Made by a program: the position numbers and the translations under genes. This document shows, in pieces, positions 63,323 through 64,000 of a DNA stretch of 64,000 nucleotides. Position 1 is the stretch's first letter; every line of letters begins with the position of its first letter. The DNA is from Myxococcales bacterium (GTDB lineage: Bacteria; Myxococcota_A; Polyangia; Polyangiales; JAFGIB01): NCBI GenBank assembly GCA_029880325.1, contig JAOUOP010000018.1, positions 58,055 to 122,054 of the forward strand, read 5' to 3'. The notes below the pieces were generated by a model that made no database searches, was not told the DNA's origin, and saw nothing but the letters and a program-made list of their open reading frames with translations.

Positions 63323-64000
63323 CTACGCGAGCAGTTCAGCACAATCCCAGGCGTCGATCAGAGCCATGACAGCGGTGTGTGCGCCAAATGCAACCTCATC
63401 GGGTACGTGGTCCGCGGCGAGCTGCGAGAGCGGGGTGCGCAGGCCGTCGAGCAGTGCGTGCCTGAAGTCTTCCTCGCAGCGCTCGAGGGGATAGCCCTTC
63501 ACGCCATGCTCGAGCAATCCTGCGTAGTAGCGGTGGAGAATGCCGGCCGAGATGTCGTGGCTCCAGCAGATTGGGTCGGTCCACAGAAGGTAAAAGGCCA
63601 GGTCCCACGCGCATGGGCCCATGCGGCAACTGCCCCAGTCGATCAACACGGCGTCCGCGCGAATGCCTTCACGTGGGAAGAGGACGTTGCCGACGTGGGG
63701 ATCGCCGTGCAGCAGCGCGAAGCCGCGGCGCGTTTCGAGCCGCGCCACGAGTTCGGGTGACCTTCGCTCGAGATAGCGACGATAGAGAGCGTCGTCGCGC
63801 TCGTGCAGCCTCTCCCCGAGACGCCGTCGCACTTGCGGGCAGTGCTCCCGAAGCCATGGCAGCGAGCGGCACGTCGTTGCCGCCGGATCGTTTGCACGTT
63901 GTCCAAAGCCCAACAGCTCCCCCTCGAAGCGGGCAGCGTGAAGCGTGGCCAGCCTGGCCGCCGCGGTCAAAAGCCGCGGCGACAACGAGGACGTGCACTT
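63323..64000 (-). CDS. Aminoglycoside/ecdysteroid-kinase-like phosphotransferase family protein (partial; N-terminus beyond the right edge)
   Basis: ..FALLHGDPHVGNVLFP....AVLIDWGSCRMGPCAWDLAFYL.. is the HGDxHxxN...DW kinase-like motif. The frame stays open from the track start (TTG 63985) to position 64000. Confidence 0.7.
   Translation of the reverse strand, partial: KCTSSLSPRLLTAAARLATLHAARFEGELLGFGQRANDPAATTCRSLPWLREHCPQVRRRLGERLHERDDALYRRYLERRSPELVARLETRRGFALLHGDPHVGNVLFPREGIRADAVLIDWGSCRMGPCAWDLAFYLLWTDPICWSHDISAGILHRYYAGLLEHGVKGYPLERCEEDFRHALLDGLRTPLSQLAADHVPDEVAFGAHTAVMALIDAWDCAELLA

Overview
Very GC-rich bacterial chromosomal segment. G+C was not computed; by eye it is about two thirds or more, and the strong third-codon-position GC bias separates real frames from the many shadow ORFs in the track. 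The gene content points to a myxobacterium (Myxococcota); this is inference. It includes many lipobox lipoproteins, a Myxococcus-type cysteine-rich repeat, an AgmX/PglI-type C-terminal domain, a lamin-tail-domain protein, PilT paralogues and a DCDDGDP-type metal-binding motif. There are roughly 60 protein genes. Housekeeping blocks (leuCD, murJ-engB, rpsT, nth, ybaK, purN, sdhCAB) alternate with envelope and secreted proteins. The most unusual stretch is 39.0-51.9 kb. It holds three same-orientation copies (59, 164 and 164 bp) of an unannotated repeat, each sitting exactly at the break point of a truncated gene. It also holds a decayed SF1 helicase and a decayed spermidine-synthase-like gene, plus an IS91-family transposase remnant cut by an ISKra4-family IS with 24-bp inverted repeats. 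Other points worth a second look: (1) tandem PilT-type ATPases, the first carrying a MshEN-like N-terminal module; (2) an ECF sigma reduced to region 4 but still start/stop-coupled to its anti-sigma; (3) an orphan Dam-like adenine methyltransferase with a C-terminal wHTH inside a tightly overlapping operon; (4) a leaderless-looking MarR promoter with a perfect palindrome; (5) paired GCTAC-N7-GTAGC sites at an HxlR/CMD divergent pair. No rRNA, tRNA or CRISPR array was seen. I did not find a clear-cut novel multi-gene system; the strongest candidates are flagged as hypotheses. All family calls come from motif recognition by eye, not from database searches.
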